A stretch of 64,000 nt of DNA, taken from the NCBI GenBank assembly GCA_963735805.1, contig CAVTMK010000004.1:480001-544000 (forward strand), in the 5' to 3' direction. This DNA is from an uncultured Verrucomicrobiae bacterium. Lineage in GTDB: Bacteria > Verrucomicrobiota > Verrucomicrobiia > Chthoniobacterales > UBA10450. The notes under the pieces are model-generated. The model did no database searches. It worked only from the letters and a program-made list of their open reading frames with translations, and was not told the DNA's origin. How positions within the stretch are numbered: the stretch's first letter is position 1; every line of letters starts with the position of its first letter. A program made the position numbers and the translations under genes. This document shows positions 9,158 to 17,625 of the stretch, in pieces.

Positions 9158-10245
9158 TCCTTTCCGGAGGATAGCCGACTCAGGAGTTGCTTGAAAAAAC
9201 CCGGACGCAATCGTGTTGCTTCATTAGCGGCTCTACTACTTGCCAAACGGACCAATGGCGCAGGCGAAACCTCCGGAGTCGCATCTTGCTGGCGCTGGGT
9301 TTCTGCTTCAATGGAGTTGGAGATCGGCTCGTCGGCAGCGGTTTGCTCTTCCTGATCCTCCAGCGGCAACTCTTCGCCCGCATCCCGCGCAGCCTTCTGT
9401 AAATATTTTCGAGCTACTACCGAGTAATCGTCGTCTCCATGGCCCCAGTGCATTTGCTCAAGTAATTGATCGCGAGCTGCAGCCGTCACGCCCAAGTCGA
9501 GGTAGTGTGACAACCCGATCTGGTTAGCGATCTGCATGTCTTTCAACATGTGTTTAGCAGAAAAGTGCGGCTCAAAATCCCGGTTGAGCATCTTTGGCAG
9601 TTTCATTGCGAGGGTTGTAGAGTTGCTGGCGTTACTACGCATCGCCTCGACGAATTTTTCCAAAGGTAAACCCAAAGCTTGAACAAGCGCCAAAGCTTCG
9701 GCGGTTGCCTGGACGCTTGCGGCAGTGATCATGTTGGTTGCGATCTTGATGGCGCTGGCCTGGCCAATTGTCGATCCGATTTCGATGATTTCTTTGCTGC
9801 TGGCCTCAAGAATGGGACGCGCTTCACGGACAGCTGCATCGTTCCCGCTAACGTAATAAACCAGCTCGCCCTTTTCGGCGGCCGTTTTACTGCCGGTAAA
9901 TGGCGCCTCGACAAACTGCGCCTTGCGGCGTTCGACAATTTCAGCCGCGGCGCGCATTGAATCGGGAGCGACTGTTGAGTGCCCGAGGACGAGGTGATGC
10001 GGAGTAAGTTTTCCGCTTAGTTGTTCGACGGCCTGCAGCAGAGCGTCATCATCGGAAACAAATAGTTGGATGTAATTGCAAATCTCAGCCACTTCCCGGG
10101 GGGACCCGACGAAATTCGGAACGGCACGGGGCGACCTGTTCCAAACGTAGACTGGAAACCCTTTTCGGCGCAGATTTGCTGCAATGCCGCGTCCGATAAT
10201 TCCAAGCCCGATTACACCGATGTTTTTGCGCGTTGCATGGGGCAT
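9154..10245 (-). CDS. 3-hydroxyisobutyrate/6-phosphogluconate dehydrogenase-family oxidoreductase with C-terminal extension
   Basis: GVIGLGIIG Rossmann motif, VWNRS, 'EAPFTGS', catalytic K..xN, 'HMLKDM'. Confidence 0.88.
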   Translation of the reverse strand: MPHATRKNIGVIGLGIIGRGIAANLRRKGFPVYVWNRSPRAVPNFVGSPREVAEICNYIQLFVSDDDALLQAVEQLSGKLTPHHLVLGHSTVAPDSMRAAAEIVERRKAQFVEAPFTGSKTAAEKGELVYYVSGNDAAVREARPILEASSKEIIEIGSTIGQASAIKIATNMITAASVQATAEALALVQALGLPLEKFVEAMRSNASNSTTLAMKLPKMLNRDFEPHFSAKHMLKDMQIANQIGLSHYLDLGVTAAARDQLLEQMHWGHGDDDYSVVARKYLQKAARDAGEELPLEDQEEQTAADEPISNSIEAETQRQQDATPEVSPAPLVRLASSRAANEATRLRPGFFKQLLSRLSSGKE

Positions 10246-10358
10246 AGGCTTTTGGGGGCTCCGTTTAGGCAGCAGCTCTTCTCAAAGTGCCGGGAAAACT
10301 GACGTGAGGCAATGCAGAAATTAGCAAGTCGCCTAACTCATGATGCGTTGCACCCGGG

Positions 10359-11270
10359 TCAGTGCGTCAGCGCGAGTTCAGACAGGTAATACAACGCCAC
10401 TGATCCAACGATCTGGAGGCTTTGGGCGCTGATCTTATCGATCGTATCCCCGGCCGTGTGCCACCAGGAGTAATCGAAATCGATCACGTCGATCGTAGGA
10501 ATGCCAGCAGCGTTCAGGGGCGAATGGTCGTCGATCATTTCACGGTCAAGGTACGTAAAATAATTTCGCAATTTGAGCGCTTCCGCTGCCGCAAAAATAT
10601 CCCGCGCAATTTCGGGGGGCGAATCTGCAGGAAGTGTGACGTCGAGGGAACTATCCCCGACCATGTCGAACAAGATCCCTCCGCGGAATTTTCCATCGCC
10701 GCCGAGATGCTTTGCGAAATATCTGCTTCCGTACAGTCCATCGGCGTCCGAAAAATGGTCGTAGGCTTCTTCGCCATCAAAAAACACCAGCTGGATTTTC
10801 GCTGCAAGGCTTGGATGCTGCCCGATTACGCGCGCTAGTTCCAGCAGCAACCCGGTGCTGGAGCCGCCGTCGTTGGCTCCCACGAACCTGACAGCGTCGA
10901 ATGTTTTCGTGTCGTAATGTGAGCACAATAGAAACACGGGCACTGCCTTCACTTGCGCAGGGAAACGGGCAATCAAATTTACGAACTCTACCTTGCCCCG
11001 CGGGGTGACATCGTTGAAGGCCTGTCGTGTGACCTGCCAACCGAAGCGGCGGAGTTCGTCCTCGATGTAATGCCTGGATTTCTCGATAGCGTCAGATCCA
11101 GACGGACGCGGTCCGAAATCGACCAATCGCTGAACATGGGCGAGAGCTTTTTCGCCCGAAAATTCTTCCCAGGTTTTTGTCTGGGCTGCGAGTAACGTGT
11201 CGGGATAAATGATCGAGGCCAGAGCCACGAGCAGCAACGGAGTAGTCGAGCAAGACAGTGATGAATTCAC
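10359..11270 (-). CDS. M28 family peptidase (glutaminyl-cyclase-like), exported
   Basis: SHYDTK, GANDGGSS, FFDGEEA, DMVG, DDH and WHT metal-site motifs. Start uncertain. Confidence 0.88.
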   Translation of the reverse strand: MNSSLSCSTTPLLLVALASIIYPDTLLAAQTKTWEEFSGEKALAHVQRLVDFGPRPSGSDAIEKSRHYIEDELRRFGWQVTRQAFNDVTPRGKVEFVNLIARFPAQVKAVPVFLLCSHYDTKTFDAVRFVGANDGGSSTGLLLELARVIGQHPSLAAKIQLVFFDGEEAYDHFSDADGLYGSRYFAKHLGGDGKFRGGILFDMVGDSSLDVTLPADSPPEIARDIFAAAEALKLRNYFTYLDREMIDDHSPLNAAGIPTIDVIDFDYSWWHTAGDTIDKISAQSLQIVGSVALYYLSELALTH

Positions 11271-11298
11271 CCAGTAACACCATTACTCCAGCTCTCGA

Positions 11299-12219
11299 CT
11301 ACTTCTGTTCTGGCAGGCCCAAAGCAGTCACAATCCGCTGAAGATCGTCATTTCCGTAGTACTCGATTTCAATCCGGCCTCGTTTGTCTCCATGATGGAT
11401 GGTGACATGCGTAGCGAGATGTTCTTGTAAGCGGTTCCGCAAATCTTCCACTTCCGTTGGCATCATGCCCGGCTCAGTCCCGGCGCGTCGAGACTTGCGT
11501 TTCCGGCCGATCCCGGCCAGCCGGGCGACCAGGCGCTCTGTAGCCCGCACGGTAGCATTGCGGCGCAAAACAGTTTCAGCAGCCAGGAGCTGTTCCTCAG
11601 GCGCTTTTAACGCCAAAAGCACCTTTGCGTGACCGACCGAGAGCAAGTCTTGAGTCAGCCAGACTTGTACCTGCGGATGCAGATCCAAAAGTCGAAGCGC
11701 GTTTGCCACGGCCGCCCGACTTCTTCCTACCTTGAGCGCGATGTCTTCCTGCCGCATCCCAAATTCATTCGCCAGCCTCGCGTAGCCCTGGGCCTCTTCG
11801 ATTGGATTCAGATCCGCCCGTTGCAGGTTTTCGATTAGCGACAATTCGAGTACTTCCAGGTCATTTGCGCTTCGAATGATGGCGGGTACCTCGGTAAGGC
11901 CAATCTCCTGCGCCGCGCGCCAGCGCCGTTCGCCGGCAATCAATTCAAATCGAGCGAGCCCCTGTCCGCCAGCAGCCGGACTCGCCATCGCGAGGCGGAC
12001 AATCAGCGGTTGAATAATACCATGTTGCCGGATCGAATCGATTAGCTCCTGCAGCGGTTCCCGCGCAAAATCTTTGCGTGGCTGCAGTGCGCTGGGGACG
12101 ATGGTTGTGAGATTGATCTGGTGCACACGCTCACCCGACTCGTCAGCCTGTGTCGGAGGCGCGACCGGGGAAGTGCCAATCAATGCGCCAAGGCCTTTGC
12201 CGAGACCGGTCCGTGCCAT
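11299..12219 (-). CDS. parB: ParB/Spo0J chromosome partition protein
   Basis: GLGKGLGAL, QPRK.F, GIIQPL, AGERRWRAA, ENLQRADLNPIEEA, then the HTH. Confidence 0.95.
   Translation of the reverse strand: MARTGLGKGLGALIGTSPVAPPTQADESGERVHQINLTTIVPSALQPRKDFAREPLQELIDSIRQHGIIQPLIVRLAMASPAAGGQGLARFELIAGERRWRAAQEIGLTEVPAIIRSANDLEVLELSLIENLQRADLNPIEEAQGYARLANEFGMRQEDIALKVGRSRAAVANALRLLDLHPQVQVWLTQDLLSVGHAKVLLALKAPEEQLLAAETVLRRNATVRATERLVARLAGIGRKRKSRRAGTEPGMMPTEVEDLRNRLQEHLATHVTIHHGDKRGRIEIEYYGNDDLQRIVTALGLPEQK
11964..12000. repeat. Short palindromic element inside parB
   Basis: gtccgcc...ggcggac 7-bp inverted ends. Coincides with an extra loop peptide (VRLAMASPAAGGQ). Confidence 0.5.
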
Positions 12220-12351
12220 GCGGCTGAGGCTACGGGAACAGTTCCATCAACGCAAACAGCAATCGGCGCTGTAATTCGCGACAGCATAAAAACGGGGAGT
12301 GGGGGCTTGCCCTGCCAGGTGCCTTCTTTGAAAAATTTCAAAAAAAATGTA

Positions 12352-12381
12352 TTGACACTACGGGGCGAAATTCGTTATCAC
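12352..12381 (+). promoter_or_regulatory. Candidate sigma70 promoter for 12498-13697
   Basis: TTGACA (12352-57), 18-nt spacer, TATCAC. Preceded by an A-tract (UP-element-like). Confidence 0.5.
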
Positions 12382-12497
12382 ACGCGCCTGGCTCAGAACA
12401 GGCAGAGGATTTTTACCCGGTAGATTCTTCGCTTGTTCGGATCCGGGGAAAAACACAAAAACAAAATAAACACCGGGAGAGAAAGAACACACAACTC

Positions 12498-13697
12498 ATG
12501 TATCCACTCAATCAACTCAAAAAGTTAGTCTCATGCGGACGAGATCCGGCTCGCTCGCTGCCGTTACGGCGCGGGTTCCTTCTCATCCCGCTAATCCTGG
12601 TGAGCTTCGCGCTTAGCCCGCAAGTGCAAAGCGCCGTAGACACGCCAGATCCAGGTATTCTTCCCTTAAGCAACACAGGGGATGGGGCAAATGTCCTCTC
12701 GGGCATCGCCTCAGGAGCCATATACAATTCAGCATTTGGTTTTGATGCGTGCTTGGTCAATCTTGGCGCTAAATTCAACACAGGTGTTGGCGCTGGAGCG
12801 CTTCTGCTCAATGTTGCGAATGAAGGTACGGCTGTTGGCGCTGGTGCGCTTTTAAGCAACACCACCGGTGCGAACAACACCGGATGCGGCACGTTCGCGC
12901 TGTTTAGCAACTCGACAGGCGAGTTCAACAATTCCGTCGGCGCTAATTCGATGCTTTTTAACACGGACGGAGACAGCAACAACGCGATTGGCGAGAGCGC
13001 GCTTTTCAACAATATCATTGGCTCGGGCAACACGGCTCTTGGCGACGTTGCGCTGGGGAACAATGACTCAAGCGGAACCGGCGATGGCAGCGCTAACACA
13101 GCCGTTGGCGCGGGGGCAATGTTCAGCAACATTGATGGCAATTCGAATAACGCGGTCGGCTTTGATGCGCTCGGCGCGAATGTCGGCGATTCAAGCGGCG
13201 CGGGTGGATTCAATAACGTCATGGGTGTTGAAGCAATGGCCGCCAACGTAAGCGGAGCCGGGAACGTAGCCATCGGTGACGCAGCAGGATCTGGTGTCGA
13301 GGGAAGCTTCAATATTTATATCGGCTTTGACGCAGCCGATGGTGTTACCGCTGAAGACGAAACCATTCGTATCGGCGATTCGTTTAACACAGGCTGCTTT
13401 GTCGGAGGTATCTTCGGTGTCGGAGTCTCAGGTGATCCCGTTGTCGTAGATTCAAACGGCCAGCTCGGCACCGCCGCTGCAGGTTCGCCTCTCTCGATGA
13501 AGGAGTTGATCAAGCAGAAAAACCTCGTTCAGGAATTGAAGGTCACGACTGAAAAACAAGCGGCGAGGATCGCTTTGCAGGATGGACAAATTCAGACCCT
13601 GACGGCAGCTCTCAAGCAACAGGCGGAGCAAATTCAGAAGGTGAGCGCCCGGCTTGAGATGGTTCGGCCGACGCCTCGAGTGGTCGAGAACCGATAA
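12498..13697 (+). CDS. Exported Asn/Gly-rich repeat (beta-helix/fibre-like) protein with C-terminal coiled coil
   Basis: Signal peptide; about 14-aa repeats N-T-A-V-G-x-x-A-L-x-x-N-x-x-G; 'TIRIG...GQLGT'; coiled coil ending QIQKVSARLEMVRPTPRVVEN. Confidence 0.8.
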   Translation: MYPLNQLKKLVSCGRDPARSLPLRRGFLLIPLILVSFALSPQVQSAVDTPDPGILPLSNTGDGANVLSGIASGAIYNSAFGFDACLVNLGAKFNTGVGAGALLLNVANEGTAVGAGALLSNTTGANNTGCGTFALFSNSTGEFNNSVGANSMLFNTDGDSNNAIGESALFNNIIGSGNTALGDVALGNNDSSGTGDGSANTAVGAGAMFSNIDGNSNNAVGFDALGANVGDSSGAGGFNNVMGVEAMAANVSGAGNVAIGDAAGSGVEGSFNIYIGFDAADGVTAEDETIRIGDSFNTGCFVGGIFGVGVSGDPVVVDSNGQLGTAAAGSPLSMKELIKQKNLVQELKVTTEKQAARIALQDGQIQTLTAALKQQAEQIQKVSARLEMVRPTPRVVENR

Positions 13698-13729
13698 GAC
13701 TGTTTACCGGAAGTTTATAAACAAATTAC

Positions 13730-13766
13730 AAACAGCCCCGAAGGAATTCGGGGCTGTTTTGTTTTT
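13730..13766 (+). terminator. Rho-independent terminator
   Basis: aaacagccccgaa-ggaa-ttcggggctgttt followed by tgttttt. Confidence 0.85.
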
Positions 13767-13965
13767 ACCTGGGCGACATCCGCAAACCCTCTACCACTGC
13801 GACATCTCTAGGAAGGCCTGCTTTCGAACGCTTTCGACGTTTCGTCAGGCGTCGCAGAGCTGATCCTTCTCCAATCGAGGCCGCCTCTCTAATTAGGGGA
13901 ACATCCAGAGCTTTATTTGTCTACAGAGCATGAATACGGTCCGGGTAAGGACTGAATCGGAACCG

Positions 13966-14844
13966 ATGACGAAGGACAGTAATACTCTGTTTACCCTGGG
14001 GCACTCTCCAGACCCGGACGACGCGTTTATGTTTTACGCGATGGCGGAGAATAAAGTCGATTTGCGTGGATACCGGTTCGAACATCGACTCGAAGATATC
14101 CAGACGTTGAATGAGCGTGCACTTCGAGGCGAGCTGCACATTTCCGCGATCTCGATCCATGCTTATGCATATGTAGCAGGCAAATACGCTCTGTTGCCCT
14201 GCGGCGCGAGCATGGGGGACGGCTATGGACCGATTGTGATCCGAAAACGCCCAACGACCGAATCGGAACTACGCGTTGACGAGTCCGCGCCGCGGGAATT
14301 TTTAAAGAATAAGAAAATCGCCGTGCCCGGTACGATGACCAGCGCATTTCTCGCGCTGCAACTTTTTCTCGGAAAGTTTGATTACGTCGTTGTGCCGTTC
14401 GATCAAATTTTCGATGCTGTGCGGAGTGAGCGAGCGGACGTCGGTTTGATCATTCACGAGGGACAACTCACCTATGGAAAATTGGGGTTTCAGAAAATAG
14501 TCGACCTTGGTGCGTGGTGGAAAGAACGAACCGGCTTGCCATTGCCTCTTGGCGGAAATGTTGTCCGCAAAGATATTCCGGAGAAGATCCGCCGCGATTT
14601 AAGCGAAATTGTTCGTGAAAGTATCGACTACGGTCTGGCGCACCGGCGTGCGGCGGTGCGGCATTCTCTTCCTTATGCGCGCGATATGGACTCAAAGCTC
14701 GCCGGGAAATTTATCGGTATGTATGTCAATGAATTTACTCGCGATTATGGCGAACCTGGCCGTGCCGCTATCCGCCGATTTCTGACGGAGGCGTATGATA
14801 ATCGCTACATCGCCGGTCCGATTGATGTGGAATTCGTGGAGTAA
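13966..14844 (+). CDS. mqnD: 1,4-dihydroxy-6-naphthoate synthase (futalosine menaquinone pathway)
   Basis: TLGHSPDPDDAFMFYA, DIQTLN, GDGYGP, IHEGQLTY, LPLPLGG, MYVNEFT. Alternative start at 13930. Confidence 0.88.
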   Translation: MTKDSNTLFTLGHSPDPDDAFMFYAMAENKVDLRGYRFEHRLEDIQTLNERALRGELHISAISIHAYAYVAGKYALLPCGASMGDGYGPIVIRKRPTTESELRVDESAPREFLKNKKIAVPGTMTSAFLALQLFLGKFDYVVVPFDQIFDAVRSERADVGLIIHEGQLTYGKLGFQKIVDLGAWWKERTGLPLPLGGNVVRKDIPEKIRRDLSEIVRESIDYGLAHRRAAVRHSLPYARDMDSKLAGKFIGMYVNEFTRDYGEPGRAAIRRFLTEAYDNRYIAGPIDVEFVE

Positions 14845-14970
14845 TTTTGCCTGGTGAAAGAGGCGCAGCTAGACGTCGCCGAGTCACGCTAGCAGCGCGA
14901 AAATCTGCCGTTAGCCCTTCCAGAATTGTCTTGCCACACCGTTCGCAGCAGACATATCAATGATGGCTCG

Positions 14971-17136
14971 GTGAAGGCTTTCCTCCGAGCCAAGAGCGAT
15001 TCTCTCCGTCTCATCCGGGTCGGAACCTGCCTTCTAGGCTCTCTGTCTTTCACATTGGCCGGTTGCGGAAAAAGCGAACCAATCGACGAAGCGAAGGCCG
15101 CTGGGAAAACCACTGCAGATTTTCCGCAAATCACTGCCGACATCTTCAAACCGATGGACGGCGGAATCAACCTTTCGCCCGCGGAAATCATGGGTCGCAA
15201 TGCCTGGAACCTCTGGAGCGGAGGCAACCAACATTTCTGGAATCGTGCAGCCCAGGACAGCTTTGGACTAATGGATCTTTTGAAGATGCTCGATAACCGC
15301 AAGTATCCGCGCAGTGAGCGCTTCAAAATTTTAGGCGTCGTGAACGAACCGGGGTTTCGCGCCGCGACGAAGCCAGACGAATTTGGTTTGTGGCTCGATG
15401 AGCAAGCGGAGCCTGAGCCGGCTGGCATCGATGAAAAGGTTTACGGCAAACCTTCCGGCGTTCTCGGATACAGGCTCTTTCCAAATCCGGATTTCAATCA
15501 AGACGCGCGCAAAAAATGGGACGGCGATCGTTTCATGAACGATCCGGCTTATTACAATGACAACAAGCTGGTTCGCCCGTATCGCGTCGGTGTCGCCTGC
15601 GGCGCCTGCCACATCGCGCCGTATCCGGATAATCCGCCAGCGGATCCCGAAAATCCGCGCTGGGAGAATCTCGCATCGGCGATTGGTAATCAGTACATCA
15701 ACGAGGGAAAGGTTTTCGCCTGCAACGTAGAAAAAGGCGGATTCTTTTATGAAATGCTTGCTGCGCAGCCGCGCGGTACTTCGGACACCTCGCGGATCGC
15801 GACCGATCACATCAACAATCCAAACGCAATTAACCCAATCTTCTTGCTTGCGGAGAGGGAGAGGATCGCGGTCCCGGAAGAAATGGTGGGCGGGACGCTC
15901 GCCTTGCCAGGAGAGAAAGAGGAGATGCCGGTCCCGCACATTTTGAAGGACGGCGCAGACTCGATCGGCGTGGCTGGCGCAACCATCCGCGTCTATGTCA
16001 ACATCGGCATGTTTTCCGAATACTGGCTGACGCTCCACAACCGATTGATTGGGCTGACTCCGCAAAAGCCATTTGAAATTCCCTACGCACGCGAGCACTC
16101 GGTTTTCTGGCGGGCAACTGAAGAACGTCTGGCGAACGTCGCTGCCTTTTTTCGGCGTCTAAAACCCTTTCATCTCGCCGATGCTCCCGGTGGGCAGTCC
16201 TATATCGCGACCGATTCGGTAGTGATGACGCGCGGCAAGGAAGTTTTTGCCGAAAGCTGTGCTGCGTGTCACTCCAGCAAACAGCCTCCGCCAAATGTCG
16301 ATCCGCACTCCGGCGAAGGAAAGGCCTGGTTTCGCGCAGCGGTTATGGCACCTGATTTCCTGGAAAACAATTTCCTGTCAAACGACAAACGTTACCCATT
16401 AACCAGGATCGAGACGAACTCCGCGCGCGCGTTCGCGACCAACGCTAAAGCCGGTCACGTCTGGGACAACTTTTCATCGCAAACTTACAAGGAACTTTCT
16501 CCGGTGGATGAGTTGGAGTTTTTCAACCCATTCGATGAGACGCGCCCAATAAAATTCAGGCCGAAGGACAGAAATGTCGCACCCGGCTATTATCGGACGC
16601 CCTCGCTTGTTAGTCTCTGGAGTTCGGCGCCATTTCTGCACAACAACATGCTTGGAAAATTCACAGGCGACCCTTCTGTGGCGGGACGGATGGATGCCTT
16701 CAACGATGCGGTTGAAAAATTGTTGTGGCCGGAAAGGCGGCTGAATAAGGCGTCGATCTGGCGCACGCAAAACGAGTGCGCGCTGCACTTGCGCAAGGAA
16801 TTTGTGCCAAAACCGATGCAAGCACTGGCCGATAAAGATGGCTACATTAACATCGGACCCATCCCCAAGGACACGCCGATCAATCTGATCGCCAACCTCG
16901 AACCTGACTTTGGGCAGTTAGTTGTCTTGCAGGCGAAAATTGCCAAAGCATTGCTGAGGATTCACGCGCAGAATCTTTCTTCAGAACAAGCCACAGACGA
17001 ATTAATCAAGGCGGTCCCCGAGCTGTTAGCGGCGAATAAGTGCCCCGATTTTGTCGAGGACAAGGGCCATTACTTCGGCACTGATTTAGCCGACAACGAT
17101 AAACGTGCGTTAATCGAATATCTGAAAACGTTTTGA
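14971..17136 (+). CDS. Di-heme c-type cytochrome lipoprotein (RoxA/MauG/bCcP-superfamily-like)
   Basis: Lipobox LAGC. CGACH (15598-15612) and CAACH (16258-16272), 'PSLVSLWSSAPFLHNN', C-terminus 'ALIEYLKTF'. GTG 14971 preferred as start. Confidence 0.8.
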   Translation: MKAFLRAKSDSLRLIRVGTCLLGSLSFTLAGCGKSEPIDEAKAAGKTTADFPQITADIFKPMDGGINLSPAEIMGRNAWNLWSGGNQHFWNRAAQDSFGLMDLLKMLDNRKYPRSERFKILGVVNEPGFRAATKPDEFGLWLDEQAEPEPAGIDEKVYGKPSGVLGYRLFPNPDFNQDARKKWDGDRFMNDPAYYNDNKLVRPYRVGVACGACHIAPYPDNPPADPENPRWENLASAIGNQYINEGKVFACNVEKGGFFYEMLAAQPRGTSDTSRIATDHINNPNAINPIFLLAERERIAVPEEMVGGTLALPGEKEEMPVPHILKDGADSIGVAGATIRVYVNIGMFSEYWLTLHNRLIGLTPQKPFEIPYAREHSVFWRATEERLANVAAFFRRLKPFHLADAPGGQSYIATDSVVMTRGKEVFAESCAACHSSKQPPPNVDPHSGEGKAWFRAAVMAPDFLENNFLSNDKRYPLTRIETNSARAFATNAKAGHVWDNFSSQTYKELSPVDELEFFNPFDETRPIKFRPKDRNVAPGYYRTPSLVSLWSSAPFLHNNMLGKFTGDPSVAGRMDAFNDAVEKLLWPERRLNKASIWRTQNECALHLRKEFVPKPMQALADKDGYINIGPIPKDTPINLIANLEPDFGQLVVLQAKIAKALLRIHAQNLSSEQATDELIKAVPELLAANKCPDFVEDKGHYFGTDLADNDKRALIEYLKTF

Positions 17137-17166
17137 TCCAGATCCAATCCAGCGAAAGGAGAAAAC

Positions 17167-17610
17167 ATGGCAATTACCGTTGCTGAAATGCTGAAAATGT
17201 CGCAGGCTCAACTGGACGATCTTTTCACGCAAAGCCCTGTGGGCGAAATTCCGAAGGGCGAGGCCAAAGGGACGGCGATTGTCGCACCGGGGACGACTTA
17301 CACGCAGGACATCGCAAATTTCATAAATCATTTTGCGTGGCAGGGAAAAATCTTCGATCCGGCCAAAGGCGTCCTGCGAAACAAGATATTGCCATTTGGC
17401 CTGAACGCGATTATCGCGAAAGTCTATAAAGGGCCAAGCTGGCTGGATACCAAAGAATGCATTGTTCTTGATTATTCGGAGACATCGCTGCTGGCACACT
17501 GGATCCGCGATGAAATTCGCGAAGTCGCGCCGAACACTTACCTGGGCAAAGTCTATTTGGGCAAAAAGCGACTGATTGATTTCGCGCTTGAGTTTCCGTC
17601 ATCCGGTTAA
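17167..17610 (+). CDS. Hypothetical protein, GXWXG/DUF4334-like by resemblance
   Basis: RBS aaggag; motifs 'LDDLF', 'WQGKIFD', 'LDYS', 'IRDEIREV...YLG'. No signal peptide. Confidence 0.65.
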   Translation: MAITVAEMLKMSQAQLDDLFTQSPVGEIPKGEAKGTAIVAPGTTYTQDIANFINHFAWQGKIFDPAKGVLRNKILPFGLNAIIAKVYKGPSWLDTKECIVLDYSETSLLAHWIRDEIREVAPNTYLGKVYLGKKRLIDFALEFPSSG

Positions 17611-17625
17611 TCGCATTCTGCGGCC

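Noticed and set aside
12498..13697. Prophage tail-fibre gene
   Set aside because: It has a signal peptide and its own promoter candidate and terminator, with no phage genes or integrase nearby.
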